This document shows, in pieces, positions 28,367 to 37,226 of a stretch of DNA of 64,000 nucleotides. Positions within the stretch are counted from its first letter, which is position 1; every line of letters starts with the position of its first letter. A program made the translations under genes and the position numbers. The notes beneath the pieces were generated by a model. The model made no database searches, had not been told where the DNA came from, and worked only from the letters and a program-made list of their open reading frames with translations. Location of the stretch: positions 5,359 through 69,358 of IMG/VR virus record IMGVR_UViG_3300027815_000009, one strand, 5' to 3'. The DNA is from a virus (taxonomy: Duplodnaviria; Caudoviricetes).

Positions 28367-28634
28367 TTTCGGCTCCTTTCGGACGTGGTTTCTGCGCGCA
28401 TTCGGCGGCCTCCTGCGCTTCACGACGCGCAACGCGGAACGCCTCCCAGGCCTCGCGGTGCTCCGGGCAGACGTGCTTGTTCGGCCCGACCTGGGTTGCG
28501 TGGTCCGGGCAGATGGGGCGGTCGCAACGCTTCGGGTGCGGTGCGGCGCGGTCCCCGACGATCCAATCGCACCGGAACCCGCCGACGAGGTGGCAGGCGC
28601 GGCAGCGGTTCGAGTTTTCCCTGGCCGTGCTCAT
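28356..28634 (-). CDS. Small Cys-rich hypothetical protein
   Basis: CRAC..CDW..CDRPIC..H..CPEH. Confidence 0.5.
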   Translation of the reverse strand: MSTARENSNRCRACHLVGGFRCDWIVGDRAAPHPKRCDRPICPDHATQVGPNKHVCPEHREAWEAFRVARREAQEAAECAQKPRPKGAENVL

Positions 28635-28837
28635 CGGACGAGCTTGGCGTGGAGTTCGAGGATCCTCACGCCGACCGAGTACGGAGGTTCGGCGGTCAGG
28701 CCAGACACGAGGTTGCCGAGGGTCGACGGAGCTATTTTGGCGTGTCGCGCGATCGCCTTGGCCATCATTCCCTTCGCGCGAATTTCGTTCACCACCGCCG
28801 ACCAGTCGACGGTCGCTTCGCGGACGGTCGCGCCCAT
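28631..28837 (-). CDS. Small HTH (Cro/XRE-like) protein
   Basis: AKAIARHAKIAPSTLGNL..EPPYSVG. Confidence 0.6.
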   Translation of the reverse strand: MGATVREATVDWSAVVNEIRAKGMMAKAIARHAKIAPSTLGNLVSGLTAEPPYSVGVRILELHAKLVR

Positions 28838-29385
28838 CAGACGACCACCAGCGCGTTCGCCGTCTCACCCGTGACGCGGCACTTGCGCTTGCGCGTCTCG
28901 CGCAGCTCGCCGACCTCGAGGAGCTCGTTCACGCGGCCGCAGACCGCGTTGATCGCGATCCCAGACCCTTTGGAGATCTCCTGCCGCGTTGCGTCCCCGA
29001 TCCTACCCCTCAGCCACGCCATCACGGCCTCCTGCTGCGCGGTCAGCTTCCCGGAGGCCTTCAGCTTGCGGTGGGCTTCGATCGACGTTTCCCTGACGCC
29101 AACGGTCGCGGAAACAGGCGCCGAGAACAGGTCGACGGGCTTCTTGGCTTCGAAAGACCCGCTGATGATCCCGGTCCCGAGAGCGTGTTTTTCTTCCTTC
29201 TTCGCGATGCCGTCCTCGTCCCACCGCGCGCGCTCCGCCAGGATCGCGTCCCCGACCGGATCAGCTTCCAGCATCCGGCACCCCAACCTCTTCGCCACCG
29301 CGTTGCAGACGTCGAACGGGTCGGCGTCAACGGAGAACGGTTCGGACCTTCCGACCTTCGGTTGATACCGCCCATGCACGATCAT
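28837..29385 (-). CDS. HTH DNA-binding hypothetical protein
   Basis: TRQEIS..SGIAINAVCGRVNELL motif. Confidence 0.55.
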   Translation of the reverse strand: MIVHGRYQPKVGRSEPFSVDADPFDVCNAVAKRLGCRMLEADPVGDAILAERARWDEDGIAKKEEKHALGTGIISGSFEAKKPVDLFSAPVSATVGVRETSIEAHRKLKASGKLTAQQEAVMAWLRGRIGDATRQEISKGSGIAINAVCGRVNELLEVGELRETRKRKCRVTGETANALVVV

Positions 29386-29972
29386 GGCTTTTTCTCCAAC
29401 GTGTGTTCAATCGCGCGATCATTTCCCTGAGACAATACGGGCGTTTTGGGTTTCCCGATCAACACGGGTTTTTCCGTTGTCCCATGCGGGCTGCGCTCGA
29501 AAAAGCCCGGCAGGTATCCCGGGGCATTTACGTCGCCGCGGGCTTTGTAGATTCGATAGCGACGCATGAAATCGGGCGCCCCGAACTTCGACCATTCCTC
29601 TGCGTTTCGGCCGCACAGCTCCGGCCAACCGCCCATGTCCCGGACAACGGCGCGAGTGATCGGGTCAGTGAATTCAACCGAACGCCACGCCCCGACCGAA
29701 GAAAACGCACCCTGCAACTCGACCAACGCAAGGTAGGCCGCGTCCTCGGACTTGCCTTCGCAGGCCCGGATCACGTCGGCGATCTTCGGCATCCACTGCC
29801 CGGTGTCGGTGTTGCGGATGTGCTTGTTCAGCGCCGCGCGGACGGTCTCGATCGGTAAGTGGGCAAGGCCGTCGAAATACAACCGGATGAGGTCCGGGCT
29901 CATGGGCTTACCGTACTGCTCGGCAACCAAGGCCATCATCTTCCGGAACGATTCGAAGTCAGCGGCGTTCAC
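29382..29972 (-). CDS. Replication accessory protein (lambda P position; DUF6475-like)
   Basis: GQWMPKIADV, SVEFTDPITRAVVRDMGGW; follows the initiator. Confidence 0.65.
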   Translation of the reverse strand: MNAADFESFRKMMALVAEQYGKPMSPDLIRLYFDGLAHLPIETVRAALNKHIRNTDTGQWMPKIADVIRACEGKSEDAAYLALVELQGAFSSVGAWRSVEFTDPITRAVVRDMGGWPELCGRNAEEWSKFGAPDFMRRYRIYKARGDVNAPGYLPGFFERSPHGTTEKPVLIGKPKTPVLSQGNDRAIEHTLEKKP

Positions 29973-31020
29973 GCTGTTCCTCCTCGAACCTGCGTTGGGC
30001 CTCTTCGCCGGCCGCTCGGTTGCGATCGGCCAGGGATTGGCCGTGGTTGGCCCCGCGCTTTTCGTTCCGCACCCAGTTCCGCCACGTCGCGGACCAGTCG
30101 AGCTTCACCCCCTTCGCCCCAGGCTGCGCGATCCAGTAGTCCCGGAAGCGCGCCGCGGTGGCCGCCGGCAACAGATCGGGGCGCTCCTGACGGCAGAACT
30201 TGACCTGCTCTGCGTCGGGTTCCCAGGCTGCTGGCAGGCGCGAACCGCGCCCTGCGCTCTTGACCTTTGGCGGTTTGGTGGTTGGTTCTTGGAGGTTGAA
30301 GGCTGGTGGTTGGTGGTTGGTGGTTGGTGGATGTACCGTTTTGGCTACGCCGTCGCCCGGGCGGTGGCCTACGCTTCCGGGTGCGCGTTCGGGTACGCTT
30401 TCGCCTTCGTTTGTGGGTACGCTTCCTGGTACGGCCATACGCTTCATGAACGCGAGAAGCGCCGGTTCGTGTTCGCTTGGCAACGTCAACCATTCGCCAT
30501 CGGCATATTCTTTGAAGCGCGTCAGGATTGCCTGTTCGGAGATGCCCATCTGTTCTACCTGTACCACAAGCACGGTATCGCGGCAGCCGTTGTAACGCTT
30601 GTGTTCGGAAATGCGCCTGCGTGGGTCGATTGTGATACCGATTTTGATAGAGCGCTCTTCTTGGCCGCGCACGGCGTACACGAAGCCCGGTTCGTTGTAG
30701 TGATCCTTCACCCATGGGTTGCCGCCCTTCTTGCCGTTGTTGCGCGCGCTATTTGCTGCTGCGATCTCCTTGTCTGCGCGCTTGTTGCGCCGCTCGCCCT
30801 CGACCAACGGAAAGAACTTGTCGGCCACCATCTGGACGGCATCGCGCTCCTCGCGCGTGACGGCTCGAGAGATCCGGCAAAGCGTTTCAAGCGAAACCGG
30901 AAGCGAAGCCTCCGTTGCATAGTAGTGATCGAGAAGCCGGTCGTACGCGCCGACCTCGGTGAGCGAGAGGTGGCCGGTGTCGCGCTGGAAATCCCCGATG
31001 TAGCGGCGGTAGTAGTTCAT
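29959..31020 (-). CDS. Replication initiator (YdaU/DUF1376 N-terminus) with inserted GIY-YIG (T5orf172-like) domain
   Basis: MNYYRRYIGDFQRDTGHLS..E.GAY..LLD.YY; GFVY..IKIGIT; C-terminal RFRDYW..K.DWSATWRNW. Confidence 0.8.
   Translation of the reverse strand: MNYYRRYIGDFQRDTGHLSLTEVGAYDRLLDHYYATEASLPVSLETLCRISRAVTREERDAVQMVADKFFPLVEGERRNKRADKEIAAANSARNNGKKGGNPWVKDHYNEPGFVYAVRGQEERSIKIGITIDPRRRISEHKRYNGCRDTVLVVQVEQMGISEQAILTRFKEYADGEWLTLPSEHEPALLAFMKRMAVPGSVPTNEGESVPERAPGSVGHRPGDGVAKTVHPPTTNHQPPAFNLQEPTTKPPKVKSAGRGSRLPAAWEPDAEQVKFCRQERPDLLPAATAARFRDYWIAQPGAKGVKLDWSATWRNWVRNEKRGANHGQSLADRNRAAGEEAQRRFEEEQRERR
30341..30436. repeat. Four 24-bp-period repeats (putative replication iterons) inside the initiator gene
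   Basis: STACGC cores at 30345, 30369, 30393 and 30417, exact 24-bp spacing. Confidence 0.55.
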
Positions 31021-31181
31021 CCTGCGGGTCTTCCCGTTGGATGAACCACAACGCGTATTGAATCCACGTTGCCCCCTAGCTGGCTGAAAGAGGTTGTCGG
31101 GCGGAGCGAGTCCAGGCTAGGGGCCGGACGCGCGCGCCGCGCAGCGCACGCTCGTCCCCCGCCCGACCTGCGGAGTATACC

Positions 31182-31538
31182 TCAGTCCTGGCGCACATAG
31201 CAAGCCCCCGCGCATTCCCCATGCGCATCAAAGGCGGCGCCGGCCGTTTCAGCGGCCAATTCGGTGCCACAGCGCCTGCAACGCCACAGCGCAGGCCCGG
31301 TGCTGGCGAATTGTTCGGCGAGATCGTTGCGCCGGCGCTCCTCGACTTCGATGTATTTCTCGAGGAAGTGTTGTGCCTTGCGCAGATCTTCGATGCCGTT
31401 CTTCTTCCGCCAGCGCTCGACGTACTTCGTGATCTGCGCCTGGAAATAATCGAGACCGAGCCGCGCTACGCGATCCCAATGTTCTTCGCCGCCTGTTTTG
31501 TAATGGGATCCGGCAACCTGACGCTCGTTCGCGCTCAT
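31182..31538 (-). CDS. DUF3310-like protein
   Basis: QVAGSHYK...ITKYVERWRKKNGIEDLRKAQHFLEKYIE. Confidence 0.8.
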   Translation of the reverse strand: MSANERQVAGSHYKTGGEEHWDRVARLGLDYFQAQITKYVERWRKKNGIEDLRKAQHFLEKYIEVEERRRNDLAEQFASTGPALWRCRRCGTELAAETAGAAFDAHGECAGACYVRQD

Positions 31539-31768
31539 ACTTTCCTCCGCAAAAGATAAAGCCAAACCACCCCACACAGCGCGTTCATTGTTGCCGCCCA
31601 CCACAACGCCATCGTTGCCAACGTGGCCGCTTGCACCATCAACACCAGGCCCGTCATCCAACAGGTCGAGCGCGGCGGCTTTGAGGCCATGAGCGGCAGT
31701 GCTGGCAAGAGTGCCGCGATGAACAACGTCGGGGCCGCGGCCAACACGTAGTCTTGCCAACCGCTCAT
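31535..31768 (-). CDS. Small 3-TM membrane protein
   Basis: Hydrophobic helices; coupled overlaps. Confidence 0.5.
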   Translation of the reverse strand: MSGWQDYVLAAAPTLFIAALLPALPLMASKPPRSTCWMTGLVLMVQAATLATMALWWAATMNALCGVVWLYLLRRKV

Positions 31769-31971
31769 GCGGTTAACGCACGCAACACGCCCAACAGCGT
31801 ATCGCATTCTCCTGTCGCCGGCCGATGGCGCGCATCAAAGGCTTGGTAGAACTCACCATTCGGAAAATAGGTGACAGAGCACCCGCGCGCCTGGATTTCT
31901 GCACGAACCCTCGCGTTTTCATCCAGGACAAGCTGTAAGGCGGAGTCAGGACAGCCGTTGTAGCATCTCAT
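31765..31971 (-). CDS. Small hypothetical protein
   Basis: ORF in operon with ATGA overlap. Confidence 0.45.
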   Translation of the reverse strand: MRCYNGCPDSALQLVLDENARVRAEIQARGCSVTYFPNGEFYQAFDARHRPATGECDTLLGVLRALTA

Positions 31972-32007
31972 TTCTCACCCCCAATTACATCGCGATTTGT
32001 TTGGCGC

Positions 32008-32595
32008 TCATCCGAACACCACGTACTCCGTGTCCTCGACGGTGAGGTACATCTGATCGATTATGCTCATCAGTTCTCGCGCGCGGTCGCGCAGCGCCTG
32101 CGTCGAAGCCTGCCCCGAGCCAACCAGCTCCTTGAGGTATTCGCGGTAGCGTTGGTACACGCCGAGCAGCGCGTGATTCCCCATCCCGAAGACCTCGTGT
32201 GCCGAGAACATTGCGCCTTCGAGCCGATCGGCGAGCTTCAACGTCAGCACCTCCTCTTCCGTGAGTTCGGCCTCGTAATCTGGGATGCCTGAGGCGTTGC
32301 GCATCTGGTCCTCGAGGCGACCGAACACGCCTGGGGCGGCCGCATTGAGTAGGCGCTTGATCGGCGCCGGGAGATCGCTCACGATCGCCTCCGGGACATC
32401 GTGATGCGCCGCGGCCATCAGCAGCGCCGGGCTCGGGTGGCCTTCGGCGAGAAGCCAGCAAATCCACAACACCATGAAGCTATGCCGCCCAACGGTATCG
32501 GTCTGGTGCAGCGGCCGATTATGGTACCGCCGCACAAAGCTCGCTCGTCCGAGATAGGCGAGGACTTGCTGTGGATTCATCTGGCGAGGGGTCAT
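32008..32595 (-). CDS. HD-domain 5'-deoxynucleotidase (YfbR-like)
   Basis: VRRYH, TVGRHS, AAHHDVPEAIVSDLPAP.K, LKLADRLE. Confidence 0.85.
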   Translation of the reverse strand: MTPRQMNPQQVLAYLGRASFVRRYHNRPLHQTDTVGRHSFMVLWICWLLAEGHPSPALLMAAAHHDVPEAIVSDLPAPIKRLLNAAAPGVFGRLEDQMRNASGIPDYEAELTEEEVLTLKLADRLEGAMFSAHEVFGMGNHALLGVYQRYREYLKELVGSGQASTQALRDRARELMSIIDQMYLTVEDTEYVVFG

Positions 32596-33608
32596 GAGAC
32601 GGCCCGCACTCTGCGCCGCTCGATCCACTCCATCGCCGCGCGGCGCCAATCTTCCGCCATGCAATCTTGCAGCGGCGCCATGCCGTCTCCGCCGCCAGTT
32701 CGCCGCTCCTCCCAGCTGCGCCACATCGGTTCGACAACGTTCCGGAAAAAAGCCGTGTCCCCGACACCATGCAGCGAAGGACCGGGGCGTTCGCAGAACG
32801 CTTCGGCTTCGAAGATCAAGCGCCAAGGGTCTTCTCCAGGCGCCATCAACGGGTAATGCGCCGCGAAGCCGGCGGTGTAACGGTCATCGCATTGTGGCGT
32901 TTCCAGCATTTCCGCGATCCCAGGGAGCGCGCAGTACGCATGATAGTTCGAGGAGAACTGATACAGCCGCCCCACCCGAAGTCCTAGCGCGGCAGCCACC
33001 CATTCCTGCAATAGGCTGAAATGCACCGAATTCGCGCCGTAAGCACCCCAAACGATGTCATTTGAACGGCAGCAGACCGTCATGTTGAGGGCACCTTTCT
33101 CCACGGCGAAATAAGCGTGCGTGTTGCAGGGTATGTCCGGCATCGCGATCCCGCCGGCCCCTTCGCTCGTGACGAGGTCCCCGTTCGCTGACCACATCTC
33201 CAGCACTGCACGCCGGCTCGAGGGTTGTTCGCGTAGGTGGGCAACCAGAATATCGAGTTGGTCAACGCCAAACCACTCGCGCCAACGGAAACCGTAAGCG
33301 CCGTGGAGCACTTCGCCATCGTGGCTGAACTCGCGCATGCGTTTGTTGAATCGGGCCGGGAACGCTAGGTCGTTCTTCCCAGCGAGCATCCAAATCGCCT
33401 CCATCAGGTGGAAGTATGGATTGGCGTCGCGCTGCGCGCTGAACAGCACGCGCTCCATTGGACGCGAGTACTCGGTCAAGACTGGGCCGGGCGCAACTAG
33501 CACTGGGCCGTTGCGGCTGTCTTCCTTGTGGCCGGCTACTCGCAGCCAAGCCAGCCCTTCGGCAAGAGCTTGATTGACGTTGCGGACCTTCAATACGTGC
33601 GCGGTCAC
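32592..33608 (-). CDS. Thymidylate synthase-family enzyme, probable dUMP hydroxymethylase
   Basis: ANPYFHLMEAIWML, GAYGFRW, DIPCN, RSNDIVWGAYGAN (Asn implies dUMP specificity), SSNYHAY. Confidence 0.8.
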   Translation of the reverse strand: MTAHVLKVRNVNQALAEGLAWLRVAGHKEDSRNGPVLVAPGPVLTEYSRPMERVLFSAQRDANPYFHLMEAIWMLAGKNDLAFPARFNKRMREFSHDGEVLHGAYGFRWREWFGVDQLDILVAHLREQPSSRRAVLEMWSANGDLVTSEGAGGIAMPDIPCNTHAYFAVEKGALNMTVCCRSNDIVWGAYGANSVHFSLLQEWVAAALGLRVGRLYQFSSNYHAYCALPGIAEMLETPQCDDRYTAGFAAHYPLMAPGEDPWRLIFEAEAFCERPGPSLHGVGDTAFFRNVVEPMWRSWEERRTGGGDGMAPLQDCMAEDWRRAAMEWIERRRVRAVS

Positions 33609-34453
33609 GGTGCGTAATCTCCTTCGGTTGTGCGGTAGCGGCGGCGCGGCTTGCGCCCGCCGAGCTCTACCGCGCGGGCGTACTTGCTGAGCTCGCAGGC
33701 GACGTTTTGCCAGTCCTGCATGTGGAGCCTTTCGATGTGCGGCGGGAGTTCGACTTCTTCAGCCATGAGCCGGAGGCCCGCTTGGAACCAACCGCGACCT
33801 CGTATCGGCCGCTCGTCGATGTACCAGCGGACGCCGCGCTCACTTCCAGGCCCGGGCGCCGCAAATGACCACCAGTCCTGCGCCACAGACAACGGCGACC
33901 CGAGCGTGTTCTTCAGGTCAGCGACAATCTGCGCCGCCAAGAAGCTCCCAAGCCCGTCTATCTTGCAGAGTTCATTCCAGAAGTCCTCGAGCGTTTGCCC
34001 GGCGCGCGGTTGCAAGCGGCCTTGGTGTAGGGCATCCGCCACCCCGAGTACGTGATCGATTTTGGGGCACTTACGGCCGCAAGTGCTGATCATGTAGGCG
34101 CTGTTCCACAGCCGTTCTCCGCGGGCGGCGCGTTGCCGCAGCAAGAAGCCAACCCTGGTGCTGTCCCAAGTGACCGGGAATCCGATCTCCTCAAGGGTTG
34201 GCGGCCAATTGAAGAACCGCGCCAGCGCCATCGCGAGCGTCAGATTAGGGTGATCGCCATAAGGGGCGCGCCAATGCTTGGCGACCCATTGCGTGACGCG
34301 ATCGTCCTCGCGGCGGACATTGCAAAAGCGGTATGCCGCCATAATTGGGTCTTGTGTCCAAGGCGGCGGTCGCCCATCGGCGCGGCGAAGGCGGATCGCT
34401 TCCCGTTCCTTGACAAAATGCGTTACGAGTTGCGTGCGCCCCATCGGATTCAT
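33605..34453 (-). CDS. aGPT-Pplase1 / 5-hmdU DNA kinase helical-domain family protein
   Basis: ER..I...PPPWTQDPI..YRFCNVRREDDRVTQW, GLGSFLAAQIVADL, PGPGS.RG, CELSKY. Confidence 0.75.
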   Translation of the reverse strand: MNPMGRTQLVTHFVKEREAIRLRRADGRPPPWTQDPIMAAYRFCNVRREDDRVTQWVAKHWRAPYGDHPNLTLAMALARFFNWPPTLEEIGFPVTWDSTRVGFLLRQRAARGERLWNSAYMISTCGRKCPKIDHVLGVADALHQGRLQPRAGQTLEDFWNELCKIDGLGSFLAAQIVADLKNTLGSPLSVAQDWWSFAAPGPGSERGVRWYIDERPIRGRGWFQAGLRLMAEEVELPPHIERLHMQDWQNVACELSKYARAVELGGRKPRRRYRTTEGDYAP

Positions 34454-34480
34454 TTACCCTGCGTTGGTCGTTCGGTTTGC

Positions 34481-35302
34481 CTACAGAAGTTCCTGCTGCT
34501 CGATGCCCTTCGCGCGCAGTTGGCCTTCAAGGAAGGCCTGTTGCCAAGAGACGTGGACGTCCACCCGCTCGCCCCCACCCCAAGCGGTCTTCGTCTGTCG
34601 CTCGACCACTCGCACGTGCGGCCGGTGGCGCTCCGCCAACGCACGGGCTGCCTGCTCCTGCAACTCCGCCGTGCGGTACGATGAGCAGCCGCCCGGAGCA
34701 TTACTCGTGCCCTGCCCCTGTACCATATAGTTGATGATCAGGTTCGGATGGCCCTTGCGCAGCAACTGAAGCGTCATATCCATGTCTTCCATCAGAGGGA
34801 TTTGATCATAGCGGCAGCCAATCCCGCGGATGAGCTTCGGACGCAGGCCGTGGACGCGCGTCGCGCGCCCGACCTCTAAGTAGCGCCCCTCTTCACCTTT
34901 CCTGTTACCACCCTCGCGGGGCGTAACCGTTAGATGCAGGTACTTTTCCAGCTGCCACTCGATGTCCGCGAACAGCGCGTTGATGTCTGTTTCATTCGCG
35001 ACGATGAACTTTCCGACATCATCAGTACGCCGAGTGTCGAATCGCAGGTCGTCATCCAGCATCAGGAGCTTGTCGGCCTGCGTGCGCTCGAGCCACCACT
35101 GGCGGCGCTTGGCGATGCCAGTTACACCCTCTGGTGTCTCGGAGATGCCAGCCAGCGGGGCTACGTGCGGCCAGAGGCGCTCGTACGCTGGACCTTGGCC
35201 ATGCGGAACGACCAACGTAGTCCGCTTTGCGATCGCGGGCGGTAGTCTCCGTGGCGTGAGAGATCGCTCAGCACGCCCCGCCGAGAAGACCACGATCTCC
35301 AT
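34481..35302 (-). CDS. GREB1-like / TET-JBP-associated-type glycosyltransferase
   Basis: SAGRA, GIAKRRQW, LMLDDDL, MEDMDMTLQLL..G, NAPGGC. Confidence 0.75.
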   Translation of the reverse strand: MEIVVFSAGRAERSLTPRRLPPAIAKRTTLVVPHGQGPAYERLWPHVAPLAGISETPEGVTGIAKRRQWWLERTQADKLLMLDDDLRFDTRRTDDVGKFIVANETDINALFADIEWQLEKYLHLTVTPREGGNRKGEEGRYLEVGRATRVHGLRPKLIRGIGCRYDQIPLMEDMDMTLQLLRKGHPNLIINYMVQGQGTSNAPGGCSSYRTAELQEQAARALAERHRPHVRVVERQTKTAWGGGERVDVHVSWQQAFLEGQLRAKGIEQQELL

Positions 35303-35712
35303 CAGGCGGAAGTCGTGGCCTGCGGTTCCTCGATCTTGACGGACTTGTGCTTCATGTCCCATTTCAGGTCGCTGTAGCTGCCTCCCGCAGCGATGAAGTC
35401 CGAAACCGTCATGCCGTCACGGTAAAGTGCGTAGACCGCGTGCGCATTCGAACCAGAACGTTTCGGATTTTCTTTGACGAGGAGAGTGATCTTTGCCTCG
35501 GGGTCGAAAGCCGCGCGCGGCTTGGTCTCCTTCTTGGCCTTCTTCTTGTTCTCGCCACCTCTGAGTTTCTTCCGCAGTGCATCGGGCGACATCTTCCCGA
35601 TCTCGGCGACCGTGAAGACCTTGTCACCGATCGCCCAGGTCTTGATCTTGGTGTCGTAATGCGCCTGCACCCCTAAGTCGGCGGCGACGCGATGGATCGA
35701 TTCGCTCTTCAT
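35302..35712 (-). CDS. Basic DNA-binding-like hypothetical protein
   Basis: NPKRSGS.A...YALY.DGMTVSDFIAAGG...DL.WD motif. Confidence 0.55.
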   Translation of the reverse strand: MKSESIHRVAADLGVQAHYDTKIKTWAIGDKVFTVAEIGKMSPDALRKKLRGGENKKKAKKETKPRAAFDPEAKITLLVKENPKRSGSNAHAVYALYRDGMTVSDFIAAGGSYSDLKWDMKHKSVKIEEPQATTSA

Positions 35713-35936
35713 TTGGTTCTTCTCCGTTTTCCGTTGCGTTTGTAGAGATCTGGGCGCAGGCGCCGAACGCTGTAGCCAGAAAGACGCGCGAATTTGCGCA
35801 AATGCTTTTTCGGGACACGCCCCCATCTCCAGACAGCGGCTTTTGTGATGCCGAGCACTTTGCCAACCGCGGTCGGGCCTCCGGCCGCCTCTACAGCAGC
35901 GGCGACCTCGGGATCATTCAGGTTTTTCCATGCCAT
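35709..35936 (-). CDS. Cro/YdaS-like transcriptional regulator
   Basis: AGGPTAVGKVLGITKAAVWRW..VP....LRPDLY. Confidence 0.8.
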   Translation of the reverse strand: MAWKNLNDPEVAAAVEAAGGPTAVGKVLGITKAAVWRWGRVPKKHLRKFARLSGYSVRRLRPDLYKRNGKRRRTK

Positions 35937-35946
35937 GATGGTGCGA

Positions 35947-35979
35947 AGCATACGTCCATTTTCGGCCAAAGTAAACCCC
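35947..35979 (-). promoter_or_regulatory. Leftward sigma70-like promoter (cro operon)
   Basis: -35 TTTACT (35970-35975), 17-bp spacer, -10 TATGCT (35947-35952). Confidence 0.6.
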
Positions 35980-36025
35980 GCGCGGAAACCCATTGCCGGT
36001 CAAGGAGTTAGCCTACGTTTACGTT

Positions 36026-36058
36026 GGGGTTTACTTTTTCCGGAATTAGGGGCATACT
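36026..36058 (+). promoter_or_regulatory. Rightward sigma70-like promoter (early operon)
   Basis: -35 TTTACT (36030-36035), 17-bp spacer, -10 CATACT (36053-36058). Confidence 0.6.
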
Positions 36059-36105
36059 TGGTGCACTAGCTGGTCCGACGGGCCGGCGCAAACAGGAGAC
36101 CGAAG

Positions 36106-36402
36106 ATGGACGCCAAAGCAGCAAACCTTCCCGCAAAAACGCAGCAGACTGCCATCGAGATTCCCCTCGGCCGCGTAGTGTACGACAAGCCGGTCAGCTA
36201 CTATCAGCGTGCTATATCCGCGATGCCTTCGGCGCGCGGGTTCGATCCGCGCCACGTCGAGGGCTACATGAGGCTCCAGCACGACATTCTCTCGCGCCTT
36301 TCGAGGCAGCAGTTCGCGCGCGAAGTTCGGCTTTGCGTCGCGTGCATCCGCGAGGGCGGGCTGGACGCCGCCGAACGCAACGCGCAGTCGTTCGGGCTGT
36401 AG
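36106..36402 (+). CDS. Early hypothetical protein
   Basis: AGGAG SD; first gene after the rightward promoter. Confidence 0.55.
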   Translation: MDAKAANLPAKTQQTAIEIPLGRVVYDKPVSYYQRAISAMPSARGFDPRHVEGYMRLQHDILSRLSRQQFAREVRLCVACIREGGLDAAERNAQSFGL

Positions 36403-36606
36403 CGCCATGCCTCTAAAAAACAAAACTATGGAGTTCTGCGCGGGCTCGCAGTCTCCGAAAGAAAACCATCCGGTGTTCAATAGTCCGGCAAACATTGGCC
36501 GCGATCCGTTGCGCGTGTGCCGTCACTGCGGCAAGCTTCTTCATACACGGAACGGAAAGCTGCGGTCACACGGACGATTTCTCGCCGTCTAGGCGAAAGG
36601 GACACC

Positions 36607-36915
36607 ATGAACACTAAACCAGCTACGCCGCTGAATCCGGTTCAGACGTTCTACGGAACGCGAACGCCAGCGAATGCAATCCGCCTTGCGCTTGCCGATC
36701 ACGCAGCGCATTGCTCACCCATGCAGCCCATGAGCGAATTCACGAAGGCACTCAATCGGGCGCTGGATCAGGTTGAAGCCTACCCGGAACTCGTCGCGGC
36801 GCTGCGTGCTCTTATGAGGGCTGAGGAAGCCTACGGCGACGAGAACAACGTCGCGGTAAATCACGAATGGCTGCGCGCCAAGGAAACACTCGCCAAGCTC
36901 GGGGAGGACAAGTGA
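36607..36915 (+). CDS. Early hypothetical protein
   Basis: Ends in LAKLGEDK module. Confidence 0.5.
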   Translation: MNTKPATPLNPVQTFYGTRTPANAIRLALADHAAHCSPMQPMSEFTKALNRALDQVEAYPELVAALRALMRAEEAYGDENNVAVNHEWLRAKETLAKLGEDK

Positions 36916-37226
36916 CGCGCAAGCTCGCAACGGACCACCGAGCGCTGGTCCTCGAATCGGTTGCCACGTCGCCCTTCAGCCCGTCGATCGAAACCATCGT
37001 GAAGGATTGCGTTGGCGCGGAATTCACCCGGAAGATGATCAGGGCGATGGTCTGGCAGCTCAGGCGCGAAGGCTTGATCGGGCTTCAGTCGAGCGGCACG
37101 TCTCATTTCATCACCAAAGCCGGGCTCGAGTACCTGACCGGCGGGCGGTTCGACCGAGCGCTGCCGGAACGGGGGACGCCTCGGCCAAAAGCGCGGCGCC
37201 GTTCCGTCTCAACGGGGGACAAATGA
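36912..37226 (+). CDS. Winged-HTH-like hypothetical protein
   Basis: LRREGLI...HFITKAGLEYL. Confidence 0.5.
   Translation: MTRKLATDHRALVLESVATSPFSPSIETIVKDCVGAEFTRKMIRAMVWQLRREGLIGLQSSGTSHFITKAGLEYLTGGRFDRALPERGTPRPKARRRSVSTGDK

Noticed and set aside
30296-30330. (TGGTGGT)n heptamer repeat
   Set aside because: Encodes the PPTTNHQPP linker typical of initiators; no separate function evident
31067-31122. CCTAGCTGG...CCAGGCTAGG hairpin upstream of the initiator
   Set aside because: Plausible regulatory stem, but too short and generic to assign a function
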